In this document: positions 9,215-16,831 of the stretch, one piece after another
Position numbering within the stretch: position 1 is the stretch's first letter
How the letters are laid out: every line of letters begins with the position of its first letter
Origin: a virus
Taxonomy: Duplodnaviria; Caudoviricetes
Length of the DNA: 34,966 nt
Direction: 5' to 3' (one strand)
Virus record (IMG/VR): IMGVR_UViG_3300031679_000007
Location: 1 to 34,966 of that record
The notes under the pieces: model-generated
What the model was told of the DNA's origin: nothing
Databases searched by the model: none
The model's input: the letters and a program-made list of their open reading frames with translations, nothing else
Position numbers and translations under genes: made by a program

Positions 9215-9313
9215 ACGCGACCCACCCTTGTCCCGGAAAGAAACCCCGGCATCATAACGCGGTTTGCCTATGCACATAGGGTGAAGTGCCGCGCCTGGGT
9301 ATATGCTGTGAGG

Positions 9314-9502
9314 GTGTCCAGTTCACTGGTCAACGGTGCCGGCAAGCTGCCGTCCGGCAGGCGCTCGGATATGCCGATGCTCGTGATGCAGGAGGCTGAT
9401 CTACGCCGCACGCTGAAACGCTGGCTGTTCATCGGCTGGTGGCTGGGCGCGTGTTTCGGCCTGCCGGCCGGAATACTGGTGGGCTGGTGGAGGTGGGCGT
9501 GA
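9314..9502 (+). CDS. Small membrane protein
   Basis: GTG 6 nt after a TATGCT -10 element (alternative start ATG 9371); hydrophobic segment WLFIGWWLGACFGLPAGILVGWW. Confidence 0.55.
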   Translation: MSSSLVNGAGKLPSGRRSDMPMLVMQEADLRRTLKRWLFIGWWLGACFGLPAGILVGWWRWA

Positions 9503-9813
9503 ACGAGGTGAAGCTCGAGGATCAGGTGCGTGAAGCGCTGGACAAGGGCTATGCGCGCCGCAGGCGCCGCAAGCTGCGCGAGGTGTATGCCGAGGAGGGC
9601 GCGCTCAGCATCACCGCCGGCCGCTGGCTCTGGTTCTGTGTCATCAGCGCGCTGCAGATGGTGGCCACCCATCCGCAGGTGAAAGACCACGCGAGCCTGC
9701 AGCAGGCCGTCGACTTCGCCAGACAACTGTCTCTAGAGCTGGGCGAGGACGACGCGGAGCTGGGTGAGATCCTGGCGAGCGGCTGGCAGGATGTCGAGGC
9801 AGCAGGAGGGTGA
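9499..9813 (+). CDS. Hypothetical protein
   Basis: GGAGG RBS and GTGA overlap with the upstream gene. Confidence 0.65.
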   Translation: MNEVKLEDQVREALDKGYARRRRRKLREVYAEEGALSITAGRWLWFCVISALQMVATHPQVKDHASLQQAVDFARQLSLELGEDDAELGEILASGWQDVEAAGG

Positions 9814-9816
9814 TGC

Positions 9817-10299
9817 ATGGACAAGCCCCTGGCCGAGCAGGAGGTCAAGCGGCTGCGGACCGAGCTTCACCGTGTGGCCGAGAGCAGGCGCGGTCAGCGT
9901 GAGCGAGCCGAGCGAGCCGAAGCGGCCATCGAAGCGACCTGGCGACCAGAGGTAGAAGCGCTGCGGGGACGGATCCTGAGGTTGGAGCAGGAGTTGCGCG
10001 AGGTCAAGATCATGGCCGGGCACAGGTGGTGTGAGGAGACGATCTGGAAGCTGAAGCAGGAAGTCGCCCAGCTAGAGGCGCTGCCGCGTGCCAGCATGGA
10101 CCAACGCGCAGCCGAAGCACTGCAGGCACTGCAGGAAGTGACTGGCTCGAACAACCGCGACAACCCGTGGCTTGGCGTTGTGTCAGCGGTGGTGCTGCTC
10201 AAAGACGACATCGAGCAATTGCGCACCGAGCTACGCGGCTATGGGAGGCAGCATGAGTCTGAGCGTTATCCGCGTCAGTTTCTCGCGCCAGGCGAATGA
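9817..10299 (+). CDS. Coiled-coil protein
   Basis: GGAGG RBS; E/R/L heptad pattern. Confidence 0.7.
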   Translation: MDKPLAEQEVKRLRTELHRVAESRRGQRERAERAEAAIEATWRPEVEALRGRILRLEQELREVKIMAGHRWCEETIWKLKQEVAQLEALPRASMDQRAAEALQALQEVTGSNNRDNPWLGVVSAVVLLKDDIEQLRTELRGYGRQHESERYPRQFLAPGE

Positions 10300-10543
10300 C
10301 GGGGATTATGGGAGTGAAACGGCGCGCTGCGAGCTGGAGTACACCCTCACACCTGAGGATGACGCACTGGCGCGCAAGGAACTGCCGGAGCTGCTGTTGA
10401 TGGATGCGCGCAAGTTCGTGCATGCCGAGTTGACCAGGTCGTTCAACTGGAAGGTGCGCCGCGCGGTGGCCGAACCGGAGGTCAACAACGTCGCCCTGGT
10501 TGAGGGAGAAGGCGGCAACGAGCTTGAGGATTTGCCGCTGTGA
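10253..10543 (+). CDS. Hypothetical protein ending in an acidic DLPL tail
   Basis: GGGAGG RBS before ATG 10253; the C-terminus ELEDLPL resembles SSB-type tails. Confidence 0.65.
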   Translation: MSLSVIRVSFSRQANDGDYGSETARCELEYTLTPEDDALARKELPELLLMDARKFVHAELTRSFNWKVRRAVAEPEVNNVALVEGEGGNELEDLPL

Positions 10544-10662
10544 GCGGTGCGATCTTCCTGCCGCCGGGCGTCAAGGGTGCCACGGGGCGCCAGCGCTGGC
10601 TCAACGTCATCGTCAATCTACGCGGGGCTGACCCCGCGGCCGTTGACGCCGGGTTGCCATGA
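10540..10662 (+). CDS. 40-aa hypothetical protein
   Basis: GTGA-coupled start; translation MSGAIFLPPGVKGATGRQRWLNVIVNLRG...; below the ORF-track cutoff. Confidence 0.45.
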   Translation: MSGAIFLPPGVKGATGRQRWLNVIVNLRGADPAAVDAGLP

Positions 10663-10672
10663 CGGCTCGCAC

Positions 10673-10858
10673 ATGATTGATATTCAGTGTTCGGCGTGCG
10701 GCAACACGGACCACTTGCACGAAAGCGTACTGGCGAGCATTCCGGCACACGCCGTCATCGGGGGTCGTTGCCAGAAATGTCACCACATCAATCTGCTTGA
10801 CGCCAAAGAGCTACGCGCCGGGTTCGCCGAGATGCGGCGCCGGGGTTGGATTGCATGA
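10673..10858 (+). CDS. Zn-ribbon protein
   Basis: CSAC...CQKC motif; stop overlaps the next ATG. Confidence 0.6.
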   Translation: MIDIQCSACGNTDHLHESVLASIPAHAVIGGRCQKCHHINLLDAKELRAGFAEMRRRGWIA

Positions 10859-11049
10859 CATTGGACGAGGTGATCGCCGGCTGGAGCGAGGATGCGCTGC
10901 CAGAGGTGTGTCAGCAATTCGGCTGCCAGCGGCCGATGGAAACCTACTGCCCCCTGTGTCGATGTGTGTACTGCCACGAACACGACGAGCTGTACCCACG
11001 CCGCCGCCATGACTGTCTGCGCGGGCCGGCGCATGCCGAAGTTGGGTGA
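10855..11049 (+). CDS. Small Zn-finger protein
   Basis: CQQFGC..CPLCRCVYCHEH..HDC motif; ATGA coupling. Confidence 0.6.
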   Translation: MTLDEVIAGWSEDALPEVCQQFGCQRPMETYCPLCRCVYCHEHDELYPRRRHDCLRGPAHAEVG

Positions 11050-11518
11050 GCGCGTGGCCAGACACCAGCTCCTGGTTGTGCTGCACCTGGGCACGGATGG
11101 CAAAGCCACCTTCAAGCGCGTGCCACACGTGCTCGAGGAATTACAGAAGCTGGTAGGCGGCTACCTCGAGCCGATCCCGCTCGGCCCAACACTCAAGCAT
11201 CGCCATCTGCTCGGATTGGTGAACGAAGATGGTTGGGCGAGTGGCCTGCCACCCAACCCTTTCTCACGCACACTGCTGGCCGACCTGTTCGGCGAGCGAC
11301 TGATCGTGGGCGATGCGCTGGTGGTGCGCGAACGTGGCGCCGAGTTCGCGTCACTCACCGAACAGGACCAGCTCAACCTGCGCACCCTCCTGGAACGGGA
11401 TGGCGTGGCACCTCAGACGCTCGCCCACGCGCCTGCGCCACAAAACGCCGCACCATCTCCACATGTGAGCACGTCCTCACAAATCGAAAGCGCCGACAGT
11501 CACACCACTGAAGCGTAA
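11033..11518 (+). CDS. DUF3846-like protein
   Basis: LEELQKLVGGYLE...LVNEDG..GLPPN...IVGDALVV signature. Confidence 0.75.
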   Translation: MPKLGERVARHQLLVVLHLGTDGKATFKRVPHVLEELQKLVGGYLEPIPLGPTLKHRHLLGLVNEDGWASGLPPNPFSRTLLADLFGERLIVGDALVVRERGAEFASLTEQDQLNLRTLLERDGVAPQTLAHAPAPQNAAPSPHVSTSSQIESADSHTTEA

Positions 11519-11597
11519 CCAGATGCCACAACCCCTCGACCGACTTGCTCGGAATGGCATACGCGCGCTTGCCATCCTCATGCCGTGTACAGCGCAT
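11373..11597 (-). CDS. SWIM Zn-finger protein (start uncertain, possibly a remnant)
   Basis: RAYAIPSKSVEGLWHLVTLQWCDCRRFRFVRTCSHV matches the SWIM CxC-n-CxH pattern; it overlaps + strand ORFs. Confidence 0.5.
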   Translation of the reverse strand: MRCTRHEDGKRAYAIPSKSVEGLWHLVTLQWCDCRRFRFVRTCSHVEMVRRFVAQARGRASEVPRHPVPGGCAG

Positions 11598-12013
11598 CCA
11601 GCCACTGGGGAGCACGAGACGCTCACCGTCCAGTTTGAGATCCCCAGCCACGAATCCCTCGTCTTGCGCCTGCGAGACGTCATCTCCCCCGACCGTATCG
11701 CCGACCTGATCCGTACCTACGCCCCTACCCTTATCCCCCTCGAGAAAGATTGACGGATCCACATACCACCACAGTCTCACCTCACCACCCAGCCTACATC
11801 ACACCGGCGTCACAAATAGCACACGTGTCCTTCTCAAGATGAGACAACGTCGCGTGAAACATTGGCCGTGAAACATTCCACACGCTAGGGTGCCGTCTAC
11901 ACGTGCCCCGTTCTTTGAGGTTGTGACCTTCGGAGGGTCTGGCCAGGAACACCCGCACGTGTACTCCCCCACAACCCGCGGGGGTACTCCCCCAGCCTCC
12001 ACTGCTCCCCCGC

Positions 12014-12146
12014 GGGTCTCCGGATTTCAGGTTTCCCGTTTCTTCCGCAGCGGGTCCCCTCAGGAATTTCCGTTTTCCAGTTTCTTTCAAACTGGGTCCC
12101 AGCCAGGAGTTTCAGCAATCTCCTTTAGTTCAAATTGGGTCCCAGC
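12014..12146. repeat. Degenerate ~42-bp tandem repeat with GGGTCCC anchors and short T-tracts
   Basis: GGGTC(T/C)C at 12014, 12052, 12094 and 12137; TTCAAA(C/T)TGGGTCCCAGC occurs twice. Confidence 0.7.
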
Positions 12147-12270
12147 GTGATGCCGGAGCCGCCAGGCGCCCGTCCAACTCGCTCCGCTGACAGGCGCTGG
12201 CACACGCCGAGGCGCTCGTGGAGCTGCTGGCGAGGGGTGGTCGGCGGGATGAGGCCTCAGCTTGACAGAA

Positions 12271-12310
12271 GGGTTTGGTAGATGTTCTGCGAATTAGCTC
12301 TACCAAACCC
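12271..12310. promoter_or_regulatory. Perfect 12-bp inverted repeat next to TTGACA
   Basis: GGGTTTGGTAGA-N16-TCTACCAAACCC; TTGACA at 12262. Confidence 0.5.
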
Positions 12311-12575
12311 CAACAGGAGGGTTGCGCTGCTCAACCAACCCGGAAGTGATCACCCAAATGTCGCAATGTGATGGCTATGTGACGTCACATCAGGCTGATT
12401 TTCGTTCAGGTTCGAAGGTAGCTCTCTCCCGTCGTGCTGCTCCGTCGCCGAGTCGCCAGCCCCTCCGTCTTCGACGTTCTGATCTCGGCTCACTCCGGGG
12501 TTGGCTTACATGCCGGAACGCTGCCTGCCAACCAAACGGGCCACCTCACGGTGATGTGCGCGTGCTGGGCAGCAA

Positions 12576-12603
12576 CAAGGCCGCTAGGTGCCTAGCGGCC
12601 TTG
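12576..12603. terminator. 13-bp perfect hairpin, likely terminator of the minus-strand early operon
   Basis: CAAGGCCGCTAGG-TG-CCTAGCGGCCTTG, about 100 nt past the PAPS-reductase stop. There is no long U-tract. Confidence 0.5.
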
Positions 12604-12700
12604 CGTTGGCTGAGCGCGCTCCTGGCGCGATTTCAGCGGGGTTGGTCCGACGAACACGCCTTCCAGCGCACCTGGCGATCCTCTGAGCGCTGGCTGAGCA

Positions 12701-13594
12701 TCAGAGCGCCAGCGCCAGCTGCCGAACCTCGGGACGGTAGGTCTTGAGGCTGCGGTCAGTCTTGAAGGTGAAGTCGAAGCGTTCCTCGATCGCGATCAGC
12801 TCGTCGAGCAACTCAGGGTTGTGCTGGGCACCGACCTTGAGGTCGTTGTCACCAGCCAGGACGCAGAACTGGCAGCTCAGGCGTTCGTTGCCGAACACGT
12901 AGGCTGGGTGAAGCGACCAGCCCACCAGCGCTTCGGCGGCGCGGCCGGCCTGGTATACGGCGCGTCGCATGCGCAGATCCCGCAGCGTGTGGCCACAGGC
13001 CTCGAACACCTCGGCGGTCGTCCACTCCAGCAGCGGGTGCCAGCTCGTCGCCGTGCGCTTGGTGTTGTGGATCTGGCGGTACTCCCAGCTCGCCTTCTTG
13101 GCGCGGGCTGGGGATTCCTCGGCACGGATGCCGACCGCACACACCACGTTGGTGTAGCGGCGCAGGTACTTGTCGATGGGGTTGCGCTTGAGTTCAGCGG
13201 TGCAAAACCGATGCTGGCTGCTGCTCCATGGCCGACCACTGCCGCTCTCGGCCAACGTGTCCTCGCCGCGCTGAATCCAGCGGTCGATCATGTCCCAGCC
13301 GCGACCCTGGTCGTCGCGTCGCACGACGACCAGCGGGATGCCGGCATCGTCGGCGATCTTCTTGACGTGACCTGGCGTCTGTCGCCACTCGATGCGACCC
13401 AGGTCGGCATGGATGGCGAATACCTCGCCCTTCCAGCCGCGCTGGCGGTGTAGCGCGACAAGCGCCTCGGTCATCGCTTGCGAGTCCTTGCCGCCGCTGA
13501 TGCTGATGGCCAGCACCGCGCCGGCTTCGAGCTGGGCTTCGATGGCAGCGGGCAGTGTGACGCTGCGCGCTGAAAGCTCCTTGTTGACGTTCAC
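12701..13594 (-). CDS. Phosphoadenosine phosphosulfate (PAPS) reductase family protein
   Basis: PP-loop ISISGGKDS plus IHADLG, RFCTAELK, VGIRAEESPARA, WHPLLEWT and HPAY..GNERLSCQFC. Confidence 0.88.
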   Translation of the reverse strand: MNVNKELSARSVTLPAAIEAQLEAGAVLAISISGGKDSQAMTEALVALHRQRGWKGEVFAIHADLGRIEWRQTPGHVKKIADDAGIPLVVVRRDDQGRGWDMIDRWIQRGEDTLAESGSGRPWSSSQHRFCTAELKRNPIDKYLRRYTNVVCAVGIRAEESPARAKKASWEYRQIHNTKRTATSWHPLLEWTTAEVFEACGHTLRDLRMRRAVYQAGRAAEALVGWSLHPAYVFGNERLSCQFCVLAGDNDLKVGAQHNPELLDELIAIEERFDFTFKTDRSLKTYRPEVRQLALAL

Positions 13595-13607
13595 AAGACG
13601 GATGATA
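13577..13607 (-). promoter_or_regulatory. Early promoter module A
   Basis: TATCAT-N7-GTGAACGTCAACAAGGAG on the minus strand. Confidence 0.65.
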
Positions 13608-13689
13608 TGCAAAAGCCCCGCATTGCATAGGCAAATGCAGGGCAAATCGCGATGAGTGCGTAGGTTGTGGGGTGGTGCTGCCTAGGCGG

Positions 13690-13857
13690 CTAGTGCCAGA
13701 ACGTCAGGCTGTAGATGAATGCGCCGCCGAACAGCACGAGGATGCTGCCGATTGCCCAGCTGACGTTGCGATAGGTTGGATTACCACGCGAGCGCTCGTA
13801 GAGCAGGCCGGCGATGATGCTCGCGCCGACCAGCAACACAACCAGTGACTGGATCAT
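13690..13857 (-). CDS. Small two-TM membrane protein
   Basis: MIQSLVVLLVGASIIAGLLY...WAIGSILVLFGGAFIYSLTF; AAAGG RBS and ATGA overlap. Confidence 0.65.
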   Translation of the reverse strand: MIQSLVVLLVGASIIAGLLYERSRGNPTYRNVSWAIGSILVLFGGAFIYSLTFWH

Positions 13858-14075
13858 GAGCTGGCCTTTCCGACCGACCAGTCGACGACGATCGTGCACG
13901 CCGCGCCGAAGGCTTGCTCTTCGTCGATCTCGCCGGTGATGTCGTCGCGCGGCAGATCCTCGTTCCACTCGTCCTGGATCTCTGTCGCGATGGCCGAGAG
14001 CGCGTTGTCAGCTTCGTAGCCGTTGTCGGCCGCGAAGCGCACGCGCAGGGTGATGCTGCCTTCGTAGATGCTCAT
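13854..14075 (-). CDS. Small acidic protein
   Basis: ATGA-coupled; D/E-rich, 73 aa. Confidence 0.65.
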   Translation of the reverse strand: MSIYEGSITLRVRFAADNGYEADNALSAIATEIQDEWNEDLPRDDITGEIDEEQAFGAACTIVVDWSVGKASS

Positions 14076-14749
14076 GGCTGCGACGAGCGCCAGGCGGGCT
14101 CTGCATGAGCTGGGCGCAGGTACTGCGTCTCGGCGTACGTTTCCTCCTCACGGCGACGATCGGCGGCCGTGATGCAGTCGGAGCACGTGACCTCATCTTC
14201 GTCGTTGCTGAGCGCCAGCGGGTAGCCAAGCGCAGCGACCGCGCCACACTCGGCCAGGTCGGTCCATGTCGAGTCGTAGTGCACGATGATCGCTTCGGAC
14301 TTGACCGGGCGAAGCACCTCGACGTTGCGCCAATCGCCAGGCAGCACGATGACCTCGGTGTTCGGGTTGTTGTTGGCGATCGCGCGCTGGACGTCCTCAG
14401 CAGGGAACGTTGGGTCGAATGGCGTTGGAATGGCCGCGGTGCCGAACAGCTCGACAATCTTGTCGGTCTGCTTGTCAGCCTGGACGGCGAGCCAACCGCT
14501 CGCAGTACGGACGAGGATGATGCGATTCATGTGAGTCTCCTTGTTGACGTTCACAGGTTCAATGGTAGGCCGCGTGCCTAGCAATTGCCTGGAAAGCGCG
14601 AGTTCTGCGTTGCGCCGCGCGCGGTAGGCCTTCTCACGACAGGGTTGCGAGCAGTAGCGCTGATTGAGATGCCACCAGTGCTCGAACCAGCGCTCACACG
14701 TCGGCCAGGCGCAGCGCTGCATGCGGGTTGATAGAGTGGATGTAGCCAT
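14072..14749 (-). CDS. Hypothetical protein with two in-frame starts (14749 with a Zn finger, and 14530)
   Basis: GAGGAGG RBS before ATG 14749 (CAWPTC...RYCSQPCR), and a second AAGGAG RBS before the in-frame ATG 14530. Confidence 0.65.
   Translation of the reverse strand: MATSTLSTRMQRCAWPTCERWFEHWWHLNQRYCSQPCREKAYRARRNAELALSRQLLGTRPTIEPVNVNKETHMNRIILVRTASGWLAVQADKQTDKIVELFGTAAIPTPFDPTFPAEDVQRAIANNNPNTEVIVLPGDWRNVEVLRPVKSEAIIVHYDSTWTDLAECGAVAALGYPLALSNDEDEVTCSDCITAADRRREEETYAETQYLRPAHAEPAWRSSQP
14537..14567 (-). promoter_or_regulatory. Early promoter module B
   Basis: TACCAT-N7-GTGAACGTCAACAAGGAG; 19 bp are identical to module A. Confidence 0.65.
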
Positions 14750-14780
14750 TTCGGGAGGCCTCCTCTCCTTGAATTGGTCA

Positions 14781-14819
14781 GACCCAGCTCGACGGGCGGA
14801 TGACCGTTCGAGCTGGGTC
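14781..14819. terminator. Strong intergenic hairpin (terminator or RNA processing site)
   Basis: GACCCAGCTCGA...TCGAGCTGGGTC, a 12-bp perfect stem. Confidence 0.5.
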
Positions 14820-14831
14820 GAATGTGGATGA

Positions 14832-15038
14832 TCAGTCGGACGAAGTTGCCGGCACGATGGTGACGAACGGCTCGTCAGCGTCAGGAACGCCAATCGTGCG
14901 GTTGAGCTGGGTGGTGCTGGCGACCAGGCGGTAGTGCTGAACGATGGCGATCCCGATCGAGGCGATGTCGTCCTCGTTGTCGAGGTCGAAGGGGCCGTCG
15001 ATCACATTCCCATCGGAGTCGAACAGATTGACCTTCAT
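14832..15038 (-). CDS. Small acidic protein
   Basis: ATGA-coupled 68-aa ORF. Confidence 0.6.
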   Translation of the reverse strand: MKVNLFDSDGNVIDGPFDLDNEDDIASIGIAIVQHYRLVASTTQLNRTIGVPDADEPFVTIVPATSSD

Positions 15039-15349
15039 GCCGGCACCACCTTCAACCGACGCACGCGCCGCTCGATCTTGCGACCTTCGCGGTGCGCTGC
15101 GCGCAGCAGCACGCTCCGTGCCTTCTCAGATGCGACCAGGCTGTCCTTGATCGCATCCCACTGCTTCATCTTCTCGCCATGCGCACGCGCCTCGCGGTGA
15201 CCACGCTCGGTGAGCGTGTACGGAATCGGCGCGTGAAGCTGGCACAAAAAGAGCGCGCCAGACGCGAAGCGTGTGCATTCACACGCGGCGTCGACGCGCA
15301 TCGGGCGTGCTTTGGGAGTCACCCGCTCTCCCTGTGGATCAACGTTCAC
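15035..15349 (-). CDS. Hypothetical protein
   Basis: GTG 7 nt after a TATACT -10 element (alternative GTG after GGGAG). Confidence 0.55.
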   Translation of the reverse strand: MNVDPQGERVTPKARPMRVDAACECTRFASGALFLCQLHAPIPYTLTERGHREARAHGEKMKQWDAIKDSLVASEKARSVLLRAAHREGRKIERRVRRLKVVPA

Positions 15350-15401
15350 GCTGCCTAGTATATGCCATCACGCTACGCAGATGCCTAGTATTTGCTAGGC
15401 A
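15342..15401 (-). promoter_or_regulatory. Early promoter module C with TGCCTAG operator cluster
   Basis: TATACT-N7-GTGAACGT; TGCCTAG at 15352 and an inverted pair TGCCTAG-N6-CTAGGCA at 15382-15401. Confidence 0.65.
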
Positions 15402-15653
15402 AGCACCTCTCAAGTTTGTGACGCGGTGATGCAGTCGCGGCACCAGGCCGAGGTGGGCTTCAAGCGCGACAGATAGAAGGTGAGCGCGTGCCGGCGGCAT
15501 TTGTCACAGACCGAATGTCGGCAAGGTGCTCTCGACTGACGGGGCGGACACTGACCCGAACACCGTCAGGGCATGGGCCAAGGACTACGCGAACGCGATG
15601 AATCTGTCGCTCCCTAGCATCCAGGCACCGAAGAATCCTGCATCGTAAAACCG

Positions 15654-15683
15654 GAAAAACCAGAAATCCGATTTCGGTTTTTC
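15654..15683. terminator. A/T-rich bulged hairpin
   Basis: GAAAAACC(A)GAAATC-C-GATTTC-GGTTTTTC, immediately after the stop at 15685, flanked by A- and T-runs. Confidence 0.45.
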
Positions 15684-15684
15684 G

Positions 15685-15816
15685 TCACTTTTTTCGGTGA
15701 CAGGTGGGTAGTAATTTCGGCCGGGCGGTGTTGAAGTGTGGGTGACCGAAGCGCGGATAGGTGTGGTGCTGGCCATTCGGCAGTCTGACGACCAGCTCAG
15801 TAATGCGCCTGGTCAT
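15685..15816 (-). CDS. Small hypothetical protein
   Basis: TGATG-coupled ATG; MTRRITELVVRLPNGQHHTY... Confidence 0.4.
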   Translation of the reverse strand: MTRRITELVVRLPNGQHHTYPRFGHPHFNTARPKLLPTCHRKK

Positions 15817-16004
15817 CAGTGGCGCGCGTAAACCAGCGCCAGGAGCGCCACGGCCGCAGCGGTGAGCGCGAGTGACGCCCACGCGCCCCGCCCAGCTCGG
15901 CGGAAGGTGCGGAAGAACAGGAAATATTCCACCACGCCAACGAAGGCCAGCACGACGATCAGGGCAACGGCTGAGGCGGCATTGAAGCCAGGATCGAGTC
16001 TCAT
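15816..16004 (-). CDS. Small two-TM membrane protein
   Basis: Two hydrophobic helices separated by a basic loop. Confidence 0.6.
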   Translation of the reverse strand: MRLDPGFNAASAVALIVVLAFVGVVEYFLFFRTFRRAGRGAWASLALTAAAVALLALVYARH

Positions 16005-16019
16005 GTGCGTAGGCCCATT

Positions 16020-16256
16020 CTAGGCACGCGCGTCAATCGGGCAGTCCGGATCGCTGCACATCTCGACGTGTGGGAAGTAGGGCTGGCAGTGCTTGAAGCA
16101 GTCGTACAGCACACCAACGATCGACGTACGCGGTTCGCTGATCCAGCCACACCCGCAGCCGGCTAAGAACGAGCTGGCGCCGATCCTGACGTGCGTCGGC
16201 GCGTGTTCCCCAGCTCGATAGCTGGGTAAGGGACTTCTTCTTAATGCGACGTTCAC
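16020..16256 (-). CDS. Small Cys/His-rich protein
   Basis: GTG 6 nt after CATACT; CGCGW...HC...C...C motif. Confidence 0.5.
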   Translation of the reverse strand: MNVALRRSPLPSYRAGEHAPTHVRIGASSFLAGCGCGWISEPRTSIVGVLYDCFKHCQPYFPHVEMCSDPDCPIDARA

Positions 16257-16318
16257 ACGCTGAGTATGCCTGGGATTGTCCGGGGCGAACAGTATCTACT
16301 AGGCAGGTACCATGCAGT
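16249..16318. promoter_or_regulatory. Divergent promoter pair
   Basis: Minus strand CATACT-N6-GTGAACGT; plus strand TACCAT (16308)-N5-GTG; CTAGGCA at 16299 between them. Confidence 0.55.
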
Positions 16319-16831
16319 GTGAGCACAGACATCGAACCCGTGCCGATCCGCCAGCGCGGATCAATCGACGTCGAGATCGCGCCAGAGCTGGGCGCGGACG
16401 GCAAGCCAACCGCGGGCGGCTGGCGCTGGATCGGTCGCAAGCTGCGCGACAAGATGCCGACGCGCACCGCGCGCAAGCCAGGCGGAGCGCGTGACTACAT
16501 CACCGCGCGCCAGGTGCAGCAACGCCTGGATGACATCGTTGGACCGGGCAACTGGTCAACCAACCAGCGCGTGATCCGCGCCGATCATCCGGTAGCGATC
16601 GCGGTCGGACTGGCCATCTACGGCGTCTGGAAGTGGGATGTGGGCTACTCGAACAACCCGGACGCAGTCGATGAATGGCTCGAAGACACCGACGAGCAGA
16701 GCGGCGAGGTCAAGACCAGTCGCAACCGGGCATACGAGGACGAGCCACTCAAAGCCGCATTCTCGGACGGGTTGAAACGCGCGGCGGTCAACTGGGGTAT
16801 CGGCCGCTTCCTGTACCCGGAAATGCGCTAG
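16319..16831 (+). CDS. Rad52/Rad22-family single-strand annealing protein (Sak-like)
   Basis: DYITARQVQQRLDDIVGPGNWS and KAAFSDGLKRAAVNWGIGRFLY signatures. Confidence 0.9.
   Translation: MSTDIEPVPIRQRGSIDVEIAPELGADGKPTAGGWRWIGRKLRDKMPTRTARKPGGARDYITARQVQQRLDDIVGPGNWSTNQRVIRADHPVAIAVGLAIYGVWKWDVGYSNNPDAVDEWLEDTDEQSGEVKTSRNRAYEDEPLKAAFSDGLKRAAVNWGIGRFLYPEMR

Noticed and set aside
11846-11877. parS sites
   Set aside because: Only the CGTGAAACA half-site is present (twice). There is no full palindrome and no ParA/ParB gene.
12014-12146. Mini-CRISPR or guide-RNA array
   Set aside because: The constant part is only about 7 bp, and the intervening segments resemble each other (T-tracts) rather than being unique spacers. 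No cas or other RNA-guided effector gene is visible.
12322-12747. 141-aa + strand ORF
   Set aside because: The SD-like AGGAGG is only 1 nt from the TTG, codon bias is poor, and the ORF crosses a strong hairpin.
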